Notes: a model not told the origin generated them from the sequence alone. 64,000 bases of DNA from Limisphaerales bacterium (GCA_024761205.1 JAMASS010000014.1:43792-107791), one strand, 5' to 3'. Shown: positions 40,899-51,589, numbered from the stretch's first letter. Numbers and translations are program-made.

Positions 40899-41696
40899 CT
40901 ACTTAACCGTCATAGGGAGTCCTACAAAGGTCGCCGGTTCTGAATTCTCGTAGACGCCGATCGCTTTGGCGATGGCGGGTCCCATTTCCTGCTGAACCGT
41001 CCAGGTCCAACCCGAGGGCGAGGAGATTCCATAACCGCAGAACTCACCAGTCTTGTCGATAAAGTAGGCTTGACCGAGCCCTACATACATGACGCGGGTT
41101 TGAACCTCCGCACCGGCTTCGGTTTTCCGCAACTCCGAGACCACGGAAAGGCTACCATTGAACTTGTCCAATTCATTCAGTATCCCAACTATATTCTGTA
41201 GGCGAGAGGATAATCCTAACGTCGTCTCCTCTGGATCTTCGGGAATGCGATTAAACAGCGGTTCGATCTTTTCAGTCACCGGCGCTGGGAAACCTGGCGC
41301 TAAGCCTCGAAGTTTGGCTTCCAACTTGCCCACAGAAACCTTCAGCTCATCACTTGCCAGCCGTAAGGCACCTTTCTCCCTTTGAACCTCAGCCAACTCC
41401 TTGTCCGTCTGATTGCTGCCCGAATCAACCTGCTCTAACTGGGTATTCAAAGATTTTAGCTCTCGCTCGAACGCAGCGATCGATTGCTCCAGGATCTCCT
41501 TCTCAACTATCCAATCGCTTCGAATCTCGGCAATCGTCTTACGGGCCTCAATCCATTTCTCGACCACTGATCGAGTGGATTCGAGCACCGACTGCGCCTC
41601 CGACTTCGAAACGCAAAGAACACATAATAACGCTGTAAGCCACAAAAACTTCATTCGTACGCTTAGGTTCAAATGCCCACGTAACGATTTCAACAC
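40899..41696 (-). CDS. DUF3450 domain protein (TtpB-like)
   Basis: 265 aa with a signal peptide and a long coiled coil. The C-terminal YVGLGQAYFIDKTGEFCGYG pattern resembles DUF3450. It is the first gene of the operon. Confidence 0.75.
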   Translation of the reverse strand: MLKSLRGHLNLSVRMKFLWLTALLCVLCVSKSEAQSVLESTRSVVEKWIEARKTIAEIRSDWIVEKEILEQSIAAFERELKSLNTQLEQVDSGSNQTDKELAEVQREKGALRLASDELKVSVGKLEAKLRGLAPGFPAPVTEKIEPLFNRIPEDPEETTLGLSSRLQNIVGILNELDKFNGSLSVVSELRKTEAGAEVQTRVMYVGLGQAYFIDKTGEFCGYGISSPSGWTWTVQQEMGPAIAKAIGVYENSEPATFVGLPMTVK

Positions 41697-41861
41697 GCCA
41701 TTGTTACAATTCGGTTACAGAAATAGATCCGTTCTATTACCCACGAACGAAGTTACCAAAACGGACGAACTGCCTGATCGTGTATTGACCCCGTCGCCAA
41801 TAAGCCGTCACAATCACTCCTTCAACGGCACAGTGAGCATCCACAATCGACAGACCCAGCC

Positions 41862-43157
41862 ATGAAAACCCAGATGGCCACCCCAACCGGACCCTTGGCC
41901 GGCACCAGAGATCCAGGAAGCGATTCGCTCGCCAGAACCGTCCAGCGGCGAGACTTTTTCAAATCCCTCGCCGCCGCTCTAGGCACTCCCATCGTGTTTT
42001 CAGACCGATTGCCTCCGTCGGATTTCCCAGCAGCTCTCGCCCAAGAAGCAGCGCGTTTGGTAGGCGTTCCAGACTCCAAGCGCCAGTTAACCATTCTCAG
42101 TGACCGTCCGCTCAATGCTGAAACACCGGCTCATCTGCTAGATGACGACATCACTCCCAATCATCTTCATTTTGTTCGCAACAACGGTCACATTCCAGAG
42201 CGCGCGTTCCGCAGAGATCATACCGGCTGGCAACTCCAGATCGACGGCGAGATACAACGGCCTCGCAACTGGTCCCTTGAAGCACTCAAACGGGAATTCG
42301 AGCAGCAAGAAGCCCAAATAACCATTGAATGCGCGGGCAACGGGCGGGCGGGTTACCATCCCAACGTGAGCGGCAATCAATGGACCCTCGGTGCCGTCGG
42401 TTGTGCCCGGTATCGCGGGACCCGATTAGCCGACGTGTTAAACGCTAGCGGGACCAAGGACTCGGCCGTGTACATTGGATACTATGGCGAGGATCCCCAT
42501 TTGAGCCGAAATCCGAAACGCGATTCAATTTCACGAGGCGTACCTATCGAAAAAGCACTCGACCCTCATACGCTTCTCGCCTGGGAGATGAACGGCCAAC
42601 CCCTGCCTGCCGAACACGGCTTTCCTTTGCGCCTGATCTGCCCGGGATGGCCGGGCTCCACCTGTGGTAAATGGCTCCGCCGTATCTGGGTACGCGCTCG
42701 GGTGCACGACGGAACGAAAATGACCGGATCCTCCTATCATGTTCCAAAGTATCCGGTGGCGCCGGGGGCGACGGTTCCCAACGAGGATATGGAGATCATC
42801 ACCCTCATGCCGGTAAAGTCGTTGATCACTCGCCCCAAAACCGGCATCACGACCGCAGTCGATCAACCGCTCAAAATTCGTGGCAAGGCTTGGAGCGGCA
42901 CAGGCAGGGTTCAGCGAGTGGACGTGACCTTTGATTTTGGATCGACATGGCAGACTACAAACCTAGCCGAAGCTCCCAACCGCTATGCCTGGCAACATTG
43001 GACCGTCCGCCTCAAGTTTCCCAAACGAGGTTACTACGAGGTCTGGGCACGAGCAACCGATGATCAGGGCAGAGCCCAGCCCATGATCGTCCCCGGTTGG
43101 AACCCCAAAGGCTACCTGAACAACGCCATGCACCGAGTCGCCGTACGCGCCAGCTAG
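41862..43157 (+). CDS. sulfite oxidase/dehydrogenase-family molybdopterin oxidoreductase (SorA-like), Tat-exported
   Basis: RRDFFKSLAAALG Tat leader. It has an oxidoreductase Mo-binding core (ITIECAGNGR..) and a C-terminal dimerisation domain. Confidence 0.8.
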   Translation: MKTQMATPTGPLAGTRDPGSDSLARTVQRRDFFKSLAAALGTPIVFSDRLPPSDFPAALAQEAARLVGVPDSKRQLTILSDRPLNAETPAHLLDDDITPNHLHFVRNNGHIPERAFRRDHTGWQLQIDGEIQRPRNWSLEALKREFEQQEAQITIECAGNGRAGYHPNVSGNQWTLGAVGCARYRGTRLADVLNASGTKDSAVYIGYYGEDPHLSRNPKRDSISRGVPIEKALDPHTLLAWEMNGQPLPAEHGFPLRLICPGWPGSTCGKWLRRIWVRARVHDGTKMTGSSYHVPKYPVAPGATVPNEDMEIITLMPVKSLITRPKTGITTAVDQPLKIRGKAWSGTGRVQRVDVTFDFGSTWQTTNLAEAPNRYAWQHWTVRLKFPKRGYYEVWARATDDQGRAQPMIVPGWNPKGYLNNAMHRVAVRAS

Positions 43158-43163
43158 ACACCA

Positions 43164-43556
43164 ATGCTTCTTCTAGCTCGACAACTGCTTCTCTTAAGTC
43201 TCGTCCTTTGGTTACTGCCCCAAAGGATATTGGCGGAGCCCCAGGAACCGAAAAGAGAGCTTCCGTCCGCAAGCATCAAACAAGAGGTCAAAAACAAATC
43301 TCAAGGCCGGGCCCTAGTCACTGCAATGTGCACCTCCTGCCACTCAACCATGGTGATTGACACCGCCCGCAAAACAAAACGCAGCTGGCAAAAAACTCTG
43401 GACAAGATGGAACAACAGGGAATGCCTAAGATCCCGGCTTCGTTACGAGAACCGATTCTTCGGTATCTGGCCAACGCACAGGGACTTCAAGACCGTAACG
43501 ATCAAGAGAACTGGCGACCATGGGCCGATCGGCGGAACGCAAATCCTCTCTGGTAA
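43164..43556 (+). CDS. monoheme cytochrome c (SorB-like partner)
   Basis: 130 aa with a signal peptide and a single CTSCHS heme motif. It starts 7 nt after the molybdoenzyme gene. Confidence 0.7.
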   Translation: MLLLARQLLLLSLVLWLLPQRILAEPQEPKRELPSASIKQEVKNKSQGRALVTAMCTSCHSTMVIDTARKTKRSWQKTLDKMEQQGMPKIPASLREPILRYLANAQGLQDRNDQENWRPWADRRNANPLW

Positions 43557-43589
43557 GCCATCACAACAATGCTAGTCCGTCGCAGCTGC

Positions 43590-44330
43590 CAAGTTCTTGC
43601 TAGCACACCGCTCCCGAGGAGGGACGCTGAAACGTCAACAAAAAGCAACACTCAGATTTTGCCCATCACTAAAGCCGCAAGACGTTGCAATGCACTCAAT
43701 AGGCAGATCATGCTTGGTCAACAACTCCATGGGCTGTTGATCCGTCTGTTTGGCGCGCAAGGATGCACCAAAGCATCTTCTCGGAACACTCGACCAGCGT
43801 GGCGCACGCTACACGCGCAAGCCTCGACCAGTTCCAGGGGAAGATCGCGAATTTCAAACAAAATCAGAGCCTGCACCATGCGCTTCGCACGAACTTCCAC
43901 CTGCCGCAACATCTCTGTCGCTCTGTCCCAACCATTGCTCTCGAACAACCAAGCTCAGTAACACACTTCCAGCGCCCGTGCCCGGTCATACAAATCATTC
44001 CGAAACGAACTTGGCGTCTTGGGCACGATAAGCCTCCGCCACCGAATGGATTCGGCGCCAGCACCGCCGGTAAGGCAAGCTCCTGAATCCATCAATCGAG
44101 ACGGATCTGTTCTTCGAGCAAAACGATGCTTTGCAACCACTCGCCCCGAACCGTGAAATCTAGCAACAGTACGTCTTCAAATCGCCCGCTTTGTAAATAG
44201 CCCCTTCGTCCCCGGGACACGATCAGAAGCCCCCATCCTCCAACATCTTGTTCATTTCCCCTCCAAGCCAATAAGCCCGTCCACTTTGCATTATCAGGAA
44301 ATCATAGCCTTTCCCCTCCGGCTTTGATTC
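43590..44330 (-). pseudogene. AraC-family transcriptional regulator pseudogene
   Basis: C-terminal HTH pieces lie in two frames (LLTKHDLPIECIATSCGFSDGQNLSVAF; ELVEACACSVRHAGRVFRED). The N-terminal cupin-like piece (YDFLIMQSGRAYWLGGE) is interrupted by stop codons. Confidence 0.5.
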
Positions 44331-44712
44331 TTCAGCGGGAGATAAGAGGATTTGTTGGATACCCAAATTTCCCACAATTGCCATTAATCCAAAATTTTTC
44401 CGGCAATTGTTTCGAACAAGTTACGATCTAATCACGCTTTCAAAATAGATCGCTAGGGCCAGGAACCGGAACTCAGTTCACATGAATGCACCACAATCGA
44501 CAGCATCCGAGAACGGCCACCTCGTAAAGTGCAACCCAGCACAGAGGCTGCCATTAGGTTTGCGGGGACTCAGAACAGCGAAGCACAAAACAGGTTAAGC
44601 CTAGGGAAACTCTGATTTAATCTCCGAACGTTGCTTGTTTTCGGTGATTTTCCAGAGAAAACCGAGTTTCCGGTTATTAATCAAAGTTTCCCTAGAGTTA
44701 AGCATTACCAAA

Positions 44713-44730
44713 TTGTCACCTTTCTGTCAC
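44713..44730 (+). promoter_or_regulatory. candidate Pho box upstream of pstS
   Basis: TTGTCAC-cttt-CTGTCAC is two direct heptamers with 11-bp periodicity, about 100 bp upstream of the pstS ATG. An AT-rich TATATAAA follows at 44752. Confidence 0.45.
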
Positions 44731-44830
44731 ACTCAGGGTTTGCGCATGGTGTATATAAATTGCAGGATAGGTTTGCTAAGAACCATTGATGTATCTGAAA
44801 ATAAGCTGACAGCAACCGACAAGTAAAGCG

Positions 44831-45904
44831 ATGTCGCCTCGACAGCAAACAAAGGTAGCCAGATTGAAGAGCCTCAGCACCCTTTTAATCGGATTGCTTT
44901 TGAACCTCCCTCTCGCACCAACCGGACGTGCGGCCAAGATTACGGTCAAGGGATCGGACACACTCGTGATCCTTGCCCAGAAGTGGGCGGAGGTCTACAT
45001 GAGCGAGCACCCTGACACTAAGGTCCAAGTCACCGGCGGCGGATCGGAGACCGGCTTCGCCGCACTGCAGAATCAAACCACGGATCTCGTCAACGCCTCT
45101 CGGAAGATCCGGGCCAGCGAATGCGCCTCCTGCATCAAGGTGTTCCGGAAGCGCCCCACGGAATACCGAGTTTGCCTGGACGGATTGTCGATTTACGTCC
45201 ACGACGAAAATCCAGTCACCGAATTATCCCTCAAACAACTCGGACTGATCTTTACCGGCAGAATCCGAAACTGGAAAACGTTAGACGGTCCGAATGCTCC
45301 AATCACCATTTACAGTCGGGAAAACAGTTCGGGAACCTACGCATTCTTCAAAAAGAATGTCTTACTCGAAAAAGATTTCACCGCGACTGCTCAGAGCATG
45401 CCCGGCACGGCTGCGGTTCTCCAAGCCGTGGCGAAAGATCGCTACGGAATTGGCTATGGTGGCGCTGCTTACGGCATAAACGCCAAATCCCTTAGGATCA
45501 AACGAACCACGGACAGTCCCGCTTATCCCCCAACAGAACACCACGTCAGAAACCGTAATTATCCGATCTGGCGCTACCTCTACATTTACGCCAATCCCAA
45601 CCAAGACCACGGCGCGATCGCCGACTACCTTCAATGGATTCAAAGTAAGAAGGGGCAAGCCGTCGTGCGAGACGTTGGCTACTTTCCATTACCGGCCTGC
45701 GAACAATCCTGGTCTCGTCCGCAGACCCCAAAACGCATTAGCAGCACCGGCCTCCTTGACCCCTCCGAGCAGCTGCGATCATCAAGAGGCGGATGGGGCG
45801 GACGAGACACCGTCGAGCCTGACGTTCCACTACCCAGCACTCACGCCGGGCCGGGGCAACAGAGGCTCGCCTCATTTTTTTCGAATCGGAACCGCCACTC
45901 TTAA
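44831..45904 (+). CDS. pstS: phosphate ABC transporter substrate-binding protein PstS family
   Basis: Signal peptide, ITVKGSDTLVILAQKWAE, SGGSETGFAAL and YSRENSSGTYAFF. It has a ~65-aa low-complexity C-terminal tail beyond the usual end. Confidence 0.9.
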   Translation: MSPRQQTKVARLKSLSTLLIGLLLNLPLAPTGRAAKITVKGSDTLVILAQKWAEVYMSEHPDTKVQVTGGGSETGFAALQNQTTDLVNASRKIRASECASCIKVFRKRPTEYRVCLDGLSIYVHDENPVTELSLKQLGLIFTGRIRNWKTLDGPNAPITIYSRENSSGTYAFFKKNVLLEKDFTATAQSMPGTAAVLQAVAKDRYGIGYGGAAYGINAKSLRIKRTTDSPAYPPTEHHVRNRNYPIWRYLYIYANPNQDHGAIADYLQWIQSKKGQAVVRDVGYFPLPACEQSWSRPQTPKRISSTGLLDPSEQLRSSRGGWGGRDTVEPDVPLPSTHAGPGQQRLASFFSNRNRHS

Positions 45905-45983
45905 ATCGTCCACCCACCCCCCTTTGACGCGATTTTCAGTTTGACCCTTCCGAGACCTGTTAGCTGCCGATTAAATCGTCCGC

Positions 45984-47156
45984 ATGAATCAACCCAACAG
46001 CACCGGAGACTGGAACTCTTTGACCCGCAAGAGGCAGATTCAACCCGCCGATTGGATTGCAGAGAAAAACATCTTCGCCGTGTCTCTCAGCCCGATCATC
46101 GTGGTCTTTCTCATCTTTCTGTTTATCACTCGCGAGGCCCTCCCCATTCTCGTCGGCACCGCCAAAGACCAAATGACGGTAGAAGAACCCATACCCGTCG
46201 ATCAAATCGACAACATGGCTCCTCAAAAGCTCCAAGCCTATCTCGGCCTGACATCTCAGGAGTTTGACGAAATGGACCGCGAAACATTGATCTTGCTGAT
46301 GGAAGTCAAGCTTGAGGAATTCGCCGAAGCACCGCAAGACAAGGACGCAAAGTTAGACACGACCCACTGGCGCTATCTGCTCTTTCCCTACCAATGGACA
46401 GGTTACGAGACGCCTCAATATATCTGGCAACCAGTATCACAAATCCAAAAATACAACATCATTCCCCTAGCCATTGGCAGTCTTAAGACGAGCCTAGTCG
46501 CGCTGATCTTCTCGGTTCCCATCGCCATCGGAGCAGCGATCTATGTCTCCCAACTAGCTTCACCAGGGATCCGAGAATGGGTCAAACCTCTTATTGAGAT
46601 GCTTGCCGGAATTCCGAGCGTCGTCTTGGGATTCTTTGCGCTCATCGTCATGGCCACGACCCTCCAATCGCTCTTCGGGTATCCCTCCCGACTCAACACG
46701 CTGGTTGCCGGCATCGCCCTCGGCTTGGCCGTTATCCCCATCATTTTCTCCATCGCCGAAGATGCGCTGTCGAGTGTCCCTCAGTCTTTTCGCCACGCCG
46801 CCTTCGCTCTCGGCAGCTCGAAGTGGCAGGCTGCCTACTCGATCGTACTCCCGGCAGCTTTACCGGGAATTTTTGCGGCCGTCATGCTGGGTTTCGGCCG
46901 AGCAATCGGCGAAACCATGATCGTCTTGATGGCTACCGGCAACGCCAGCATCGTTTCGTGGAATATCTTCGACTCAACCCGCACCATCACGGCCACCATT
47001 GCCGCAGAGCTTGCAGAGACCGTTTTCGGCAGCCAACATTATCGCGTATTATTCATGTTGGGGACAATTCTTTTTGCAGTCACCTTCGTGGCGAATCTCG
47101 TCGGCGATATTATCCTTCACCGACTCAAACGACGCCTCAACGTAAAGCCTCTCTAA
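45984..47156 (+). CDS. pstC: phosphate ABC transporter permease PstC
   Basis: Multi-TM protein with an EAA-type loop (ALGSSKWQAAYSIVLPAALPGI) and the expected operon position. Confidence 0.9.
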   Translation: MNQPNSTGDWNSLTRKRQIQPADWIAEKNIFAVSLSPIIVVFLIFLFITREALPILVGTAKDQMTVEEPIPVDQIDNMAPQKLQAYLGLTSQEFDEMDRETLILLMEVKLEEFAEAPQDKDAKLDTTHWRYLLFPYQWTGYETPQYIWQPVSQIQKYNIIPLAIGSLKTSLVALIFSVPIAIGAAIYVSQLASPGIREWVKPLIEMLAGIPSVVLGFFALIVMATTLQSLFGYPSRLNTLVAGIALGLAVIPIIFSIAEDALSSVPQSFRHAAFALGSSKWQAAYSIVLPAALPGIFAAVMLGFGRAIGETMIVLMATGNASIVSWNIFDSTRTITATIAAELAETVFGSQHYRVLFMLGTILFAVTFVANLVGDIILHRLKRRLNVKPL

Positions 47157-47249
47157 ACATGGCGAAAAACCAAAATTCAATGAGCCATCGGCCAAATCGA
47201 CTTACGCCACCCACAGCACAGTTGGACTCGCACGCAATCGATTGACGCC

Positions 47250-48200
47250 ATGAAAACGGTCGAAGGCCTCAACTTTGAATCAACCCATAGAGATTGGTGG
47301 TCGCCGTTTTTTACCGGACTCACTGCCTTAGCAGTCGTCATCATCTTGGGATTCCTGGCGGTGATTCTGACCAACATCATCTGGCAAGGCTGGGAGGCAT
47401 TTTCCTGGAGATTCATTACCTCAAACTCAGATCAAAACATGTTCGATGTCAACCAAGCCGGCGTCCTCCCTATGATCATCGGAACCGCTGCTCGCGTCAT
47501 GTTGATGACCGTTTTCGTGATTCCCATCGGTGTGATCACTGCGCTTTATCTCACAGAATACGCACCATCCCAATCGCCGATCACCACGATTATCCGAAGC
47601 GCAGTGAATAATCTTGCGGGTGTGCCCTCAATCGTCTTTGGCCTCTTTGGTCTCGGATTCTTCGTTAACTTCGTCGGTGGAAATCTCGACCAGATTTTCC
47701 GCCCCGACAATCCCGATCCTTACTGGCGGAACCCTGCCCTGATCTGGGCCTCCCTCACCCTGGCCGTTATGACCTTGCCCGTAGTGATCGTTGCCACTGA
47801 GGAAACCCTTCGTGCGTTGCCCCCCGGTCTCCGTGAAGCAAGCATGGCCCTAGGCGCAACCCGACTCCAAACCGTCGCCAAAGTGATCTTGCCACAGGCC
47901 CTACCCGGAATCATGACCGGTGGGATATTGGCCGTCAGCCGCGCCGGCGGCGAGGTCGCCCCCATTCTCTTCACCGGGGCCGCCTACTACATGGCCGGTT
48001 ACCCAAACCATTTGACCGATCAATTCATGGATCTGGGCTACCATATTTTCATCCTCTCAACGCAGTCACCGAACATCGAACGCACCCAATCCATTCTCTA
48101 TGCTACCATCATGACTCTCCTGATGCTCACCTTCACCCTAAATATGGCAGCCATCTTCGTGCGAGCGCGAATGCGGGCTAAAACGAGAATGTTTCATTGA
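47250..48200 (+). CDS. pstA: phosphate ABC transporter permease PstA
   Basis: Multi-TM protein with [22 protein letters not shown] and the expected operon position. Confidence 0.9.
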   Translation: MKTVEGLNFESTHRDWWSPFFTGLTALAVVIILGFLAVILTNIIWQGWEAFSWRFITSNSDQNMFDVNQAGVLPMIIGTAARVMLMTVFVIPIGVITALYLTEYAPSQSPITTIIRSAVNNLAGVPSIVFGLFGLGFFVNFVGGNLDQIFRPDNPDPYWRNPALIWASLTLAVMTLPVVIVATEETLRALPPGLREASMALGATRLQTVAKVILPQALPGIMTGGILAVSRAGGEVAPILFTGAAYYMAGYPNHLTDQFMDLGYHIFILSTQSPNIERTQSILYATIMTLLMLTFTLNMAAIFVRARMRAKTRMFH

Positions 48201-48240
48201 CCATGGACCGAAGTTCACCACTCATATCGGTGCGCGGTTT

Positions 48241-49041
48241 ATGACCACTCTGGATACAACACAAAAATTCGGCGACTCGGATTCGGCCAAACCATTAATT
48301 GTCACTCGAAATCTCTCGGTGCACTACGGCAAGGTCCAAGCGCTGGATTCGATTTCGTTGGAGATTCCCGAGCGCCTCGTCACCGCCTTTATCGGCCCCT
48401 CGGGTTGCGGCAAATCAACGCTGCTGCGGTGTTTCAATCGAATGAACGATCCGATCGATCGTGTCAAGATCACAGGGGACGTCACCATCGGCGGCCATGA
48501 CATCTACAATCGCAAAGTAAACGTCCTAGAACTCCGAAAAAAAGTCGGCATGGTCTTTCAGAAATCAAATCCTTTTCCCAAATCGATTCGCGACAATGTC
48601 ACCTACGGTCTCAAGCTCCACGGCATGCGCGATCGCAACCAGTTAGATGAAGTCGTGGAGTCAAGCCTGACGGCGGCGGCTCTCTGGGATGAGGTGAAGG
48701 ACCGCCTAAACGCCAACGCCTTAACTTTGTCAGGCGGCCAACAGCAACGACTGTGCATCGCTCGCGCCATCGCCATTCAACCCGAGATCATTTTGATGGA
48801 CGAACCCGCATCCGAGCTCGATCCCGTCGGCACCGCAAAGATCGAAGAGCTGATCCTCAATCTCAAGCAGCGATTTACGATCATCATCGTTACCCACAAC
48901 ATGCAACAAACAACGCGGATCTCCGATCAAACGGCCTTTTTCTACCTTGGGAAGCTGGTCGAGCACGGCAAAACTAACGTAATCTTTACGTCTCCGAAGA
49001 TGACACAGACCGAGGATTATGTTACTGGTAGATTTGGATAA
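48241..49041 (+). CDS. pstB: phosphate ABC transporter ATP-binding protein PstB
   Basis: Walker [10 protein letters not shown], signature LSGGQQQRL, Walker B ILMDEP, and the PstB-typical C-terminus YVTGRFG. Confidence 0.95.
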   Translation: MTTLDTTQKFGDSDSAKPLIVTRNLSVHYGKVQALDSISLEIPERLVTAFIGPSGCGKSTLLRCFNRMNDPIDRVKITGDVTIGGHDIYNRKVNVLELRKKVGMVFQKSNPFPKSIRDNVTYGLKLHGMRDRNQLDEVVESSLTAAALWDEVKDRLNANALTLSGGQQQRLCIARAIAIQPEIILMDEPASELDPVGTAKIEELILNLKQRFTIIIVTHNMQQTTRISDQTAFFYLGKLVEHGKTNVIFTSPKMTQTEDYVTGRFG

Positions 49042-49073
49042 CAAGGGGGACTGAAACTAGGAGTCATCCGCTA

Positions 49074-49745
49074 ATGAGCCAACACTTCCAAACTGAACTG
49101 AACAATCTCAACGAACGCCTGCTCACTATGGCCAGCAAAGCGGAGATCGCCGTCAACACGGCTATCCGTGCGCTGGTCGAACGCGATGACGATTTGGCAC
49201 TCCAAGTTGAAATTACGGATACCGAGATCGATCAATTCGAGATCAAGGTCGATGAGTCGGCAATTCTCCTATTATCGAAAGCGCCCCTCGCCAGAGACCT
49301 TCGGTTTATCACGGTCGCCATGAAAATCTGCACGGACTTGGAACGCGTCGGAGACGAAGCGACCACAATCGCACGACGCTCACGCGAGTTGAACCAGGAG
49401 CCCCAGCTAAAGGACTACATTGACATCCCAAGGATGGCGAAAATGGCGATGGATATGATAGATCAGGCGCTCACGGCTTTCGTGAACAGCGACGCTGGGA
49501 CCGCCCAAGCAGTCGTGCCCAAAGATAAGGCTGTCGATCAACTCAACAAACAGCTGCATCGGGAGCTCTCCAGCTATATGGTCGAGAATCCCAAGACCAT
49601 CAGCCGTTGTTTGAATCTCATGGTGATTTCGAAGAGTATCGAAAGAATCGCCGATCACGCCAAGAACATCGCTGAAGTCACTGTCTATCTCTGTAACGCT
49701 AAGGACATCCGGCACCATGGCCAAGCGGCAGCGGTCAATGAATAG
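49074..49745 (+). CDS. phoU: phosphate signalling complex protein PhoU
   Basis: 223 aa with two PhoU repeats (ERVGDEATTIA / ERIADHAKNIA). Confidence 0.9.
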   Translation: MSQHFQTELNNLNERLLTMASKAEIAVNTAIRALVERDDDLALQVEITDTEIDQFEIKVDESAILLLSKAPLARDLRFITVAMKICTDLERVGDEATTIARRSRELNQEPQLKDYIDIPRMAKMAMDMIDQALTAFVNSDAGTAQAVVPKDKAVDQLNKQLHRELSSYMVENPKTISRCLNLMVISKSIERIADHAKNIAEVTVYLCNAKDIRHHGQAAAVNE

Positions 49746-49762
49746 CGCCTGAGTGCCAAAAA

Positions 49763-51049
49763 CTAGCCGCTCAGGCCAAAAGTCACTTTGAAGATTGAGT
49801 AAAAGGCGATGGCGAGGATCGCTCCGGACGGCACCGTAATTAACCACGAAACAATGATCTCTTTGACTTTGCCCACATCCATTTTCATTTCGGTTTGAAA
49901 CAGACCAACGCCCAAAACCGCTCCGATCAACGTATGCGTCGTCGAGATTGGGAATCCTAACCGGCTAGCCAACACTATCGTCGTTGCCGCGCCTAAATTG
50001 ATGACAAACCCAGTCAATGGATTGAGATTCATGATTTTGGAGCCGACGGTCTCAATCACCCGGTAACCCCAGGTCGCCAGACCAATCACGATACCAATCC
50101 CCCCCAGAGCCAGGATCCAAAAGGAAACGATGCTCGTCGTATTCACTGTCCCATCTCTGAGGATTTGAATTACACCGGCCACTGGCCCAATCGCATTAGC
50201 AACATCGTTCGCCCCATGGGCAAAGGCGAGGAAGCACGCGCTCAAGACAATAAGGAAGCCGAACAAACGATTCGACTCCGCAGCGTGGCTTTCACTGCTT
50301 GATCCCTCTCCGGATTCAACCTTCGGAGACCGTCTCAGCCACATGTAGGTGCCAACCGCACCCACAAACCCCAACACACAGGACGACACGAAAACCCGCC
50401 CGAGTTGCATGCCAAAATCAACGTTCTTCAAACCCTTGAGGAACAAAACCATGCCCAAGATGAAAAACACATAGAAAGCCAAGCCAGGCGCGACCCTTTG
50501 AAGCCGTAACATCGCGTCCGAGTGGGACAGTACCAATCGCTTTAACACGGCCAAAACCACAAAGGAACACAAACCGCCACACAACGGAGACGTCACCCAC
50601 GACAGCACCACCTTCCCGAGAGTTCTCCATTCGATAACCTGAACCCCTCCGATCATGATCCCAATGCCGACGATCGATCCAACAATCGAATGCGTCGTCG
50701 AAACCGGCCACCCAAACCATGTCGCAACCTGTAACCATACGGCTGCAGCCAATAGCGACGAGATAAAGCCCATCGCAACAAGCTGAGGCGGAAGGCCGGA
50801 AGGATCGAAGATTCCTTTTCGAACGGTGTCGGTGACATGCCCTCCGGCGAGGGCCGCACCAGCGAGTTCCATGACGGCGGCGATAATAATGGCCTGCCGC
50901 AGAGTCAACACTCGGGAGCCTACCGAGGTCCCCATCGCGTTGGCAACGTCATTGGCACCGATGCTCCAGGCCATGTACAACCCAAACACCAAAACCATTA
51001 CCAGCATGACCTGTCCAGTGACACCGAAACTGACCGCCAAGACCTCCAT
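49763..51049 (-). CDS. inorganic phosphate transporter, PiT family
   Basis: Has the duplicated GANDVANA motif. The ORF is open to 51205, but the conserved N-terminus begins at Met53 (ATG at 51049). Confidence 0.9.
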   Translation of the reverse strand: MEVLAVSFGVTGQVMLVMVLVFGLYMAWSIGANDVANAMGTSVGSRVLTLRQAIIIAAVMELAGAALAGGHVTDTVRKGIFDPSGLPPQLVAMGFISSLLAAAVWLQVATWFGWPVSTTHSIVGSIVGIGIMIGGVQVIEWRTLGKVVLSWVTSPLCGGLCSFVVLAVLKRLVLSHSDAMLRLQRVAPGLAFYVFFILGMVLFLKGLKNVDFGMQLGRVFVSSCVLGFVGAVGTYMWLRRSPKVESGEGSSSESHAAESNRLFGFLIVLSACFLAFAHGANDVANAIGPVAGVIQILRDGTVNTTSIVSFWILALGGIGIVIGLATWGYRVIETVGSKIMNLNPLTGFVINLGAATTIVLASRLGFPISTTHTLIGAVLGVGLFQTEMKMDVGKVKEIIVSWLITVPSGAILAIAFYSIFKVTFGLSG

Positions 51050-51364
51050 ATTTACTGCTTCAGAGAACGACTCATCCAATTTTCCGCCTAAGACCAACGC
51101 CGAAATGAGGCCCGAGCCTAACGGCACCAATGCAAAACGCCAGTTTAATGTGCAGTCCCCGGCGTAGTGATAGTTGTCACCTTGCCGGCGATAAGCCGTG
51201 GGCAAGAGGATTCCGACAAGGCCGACAACCGCAAGTCACCGCCACCTCGATCTCCCCATTACAAATGCGGAAAGTTGGCATTCCAGAATCCCAAACTATC
51301 GGAAAGCTCCGCCAAGACCTCAGAAAACACTTGGCCGACATGCCGACGGCACAACTCCAAGCGA

Positions 51365-51589
51365 TCATCGATAAGAGGAAAAAACTACCGCCCGACATCC
51401 AAAAATCGCCCCTTCCCGGGCAGCGGCAAGCTTGGAGGTAATCGCGGCGCGAGCGGTGACTTGATGACTACACTCCGATTGCTTTTCATGAAGTGCCGCC
51501 ACATAAACCTCACTTTCCATCGCTTCCCGCAACACCGCCAAACCCGGTGCCTCGACGCCATCATCGTTGGCCAATAATATCTTTATAGT
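51365..51589 (-). pseudogene. SurE (5'/3'-nucleotidase) N-terminal fragment
   Basis: KILLANDDGVEAPGLAVLREA..VYVAALHEKQSECSHQVT matches the first ~45 residues of SurE. The remainder is unrelated and terminates early, with no proper start codon. Confidence 0.4.

Noticed and set aside
49747-49776. 7-bp inverted repeat between phoU and the PiT gene as a bidirectional terminator
   Set aside because: The stem is short, the loop is 16 nt and no U-tract is present on either side. It is mentioned in the phosphate finding but not called as a feature.
51049-51205. N-terminal extensions of several ORFs: PiT to 51205, AcnA to 56440, porin to 62225, FecR-like from 62240, MiaE to 5317, membrane protein to 57694
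   Set aside because: In each case the family-conserved N-terminus or signal peptide begins at an internal Met, and the extension is non-homologous or overlaps a neighbouring gene. The internal starts are preferred, though not proven.
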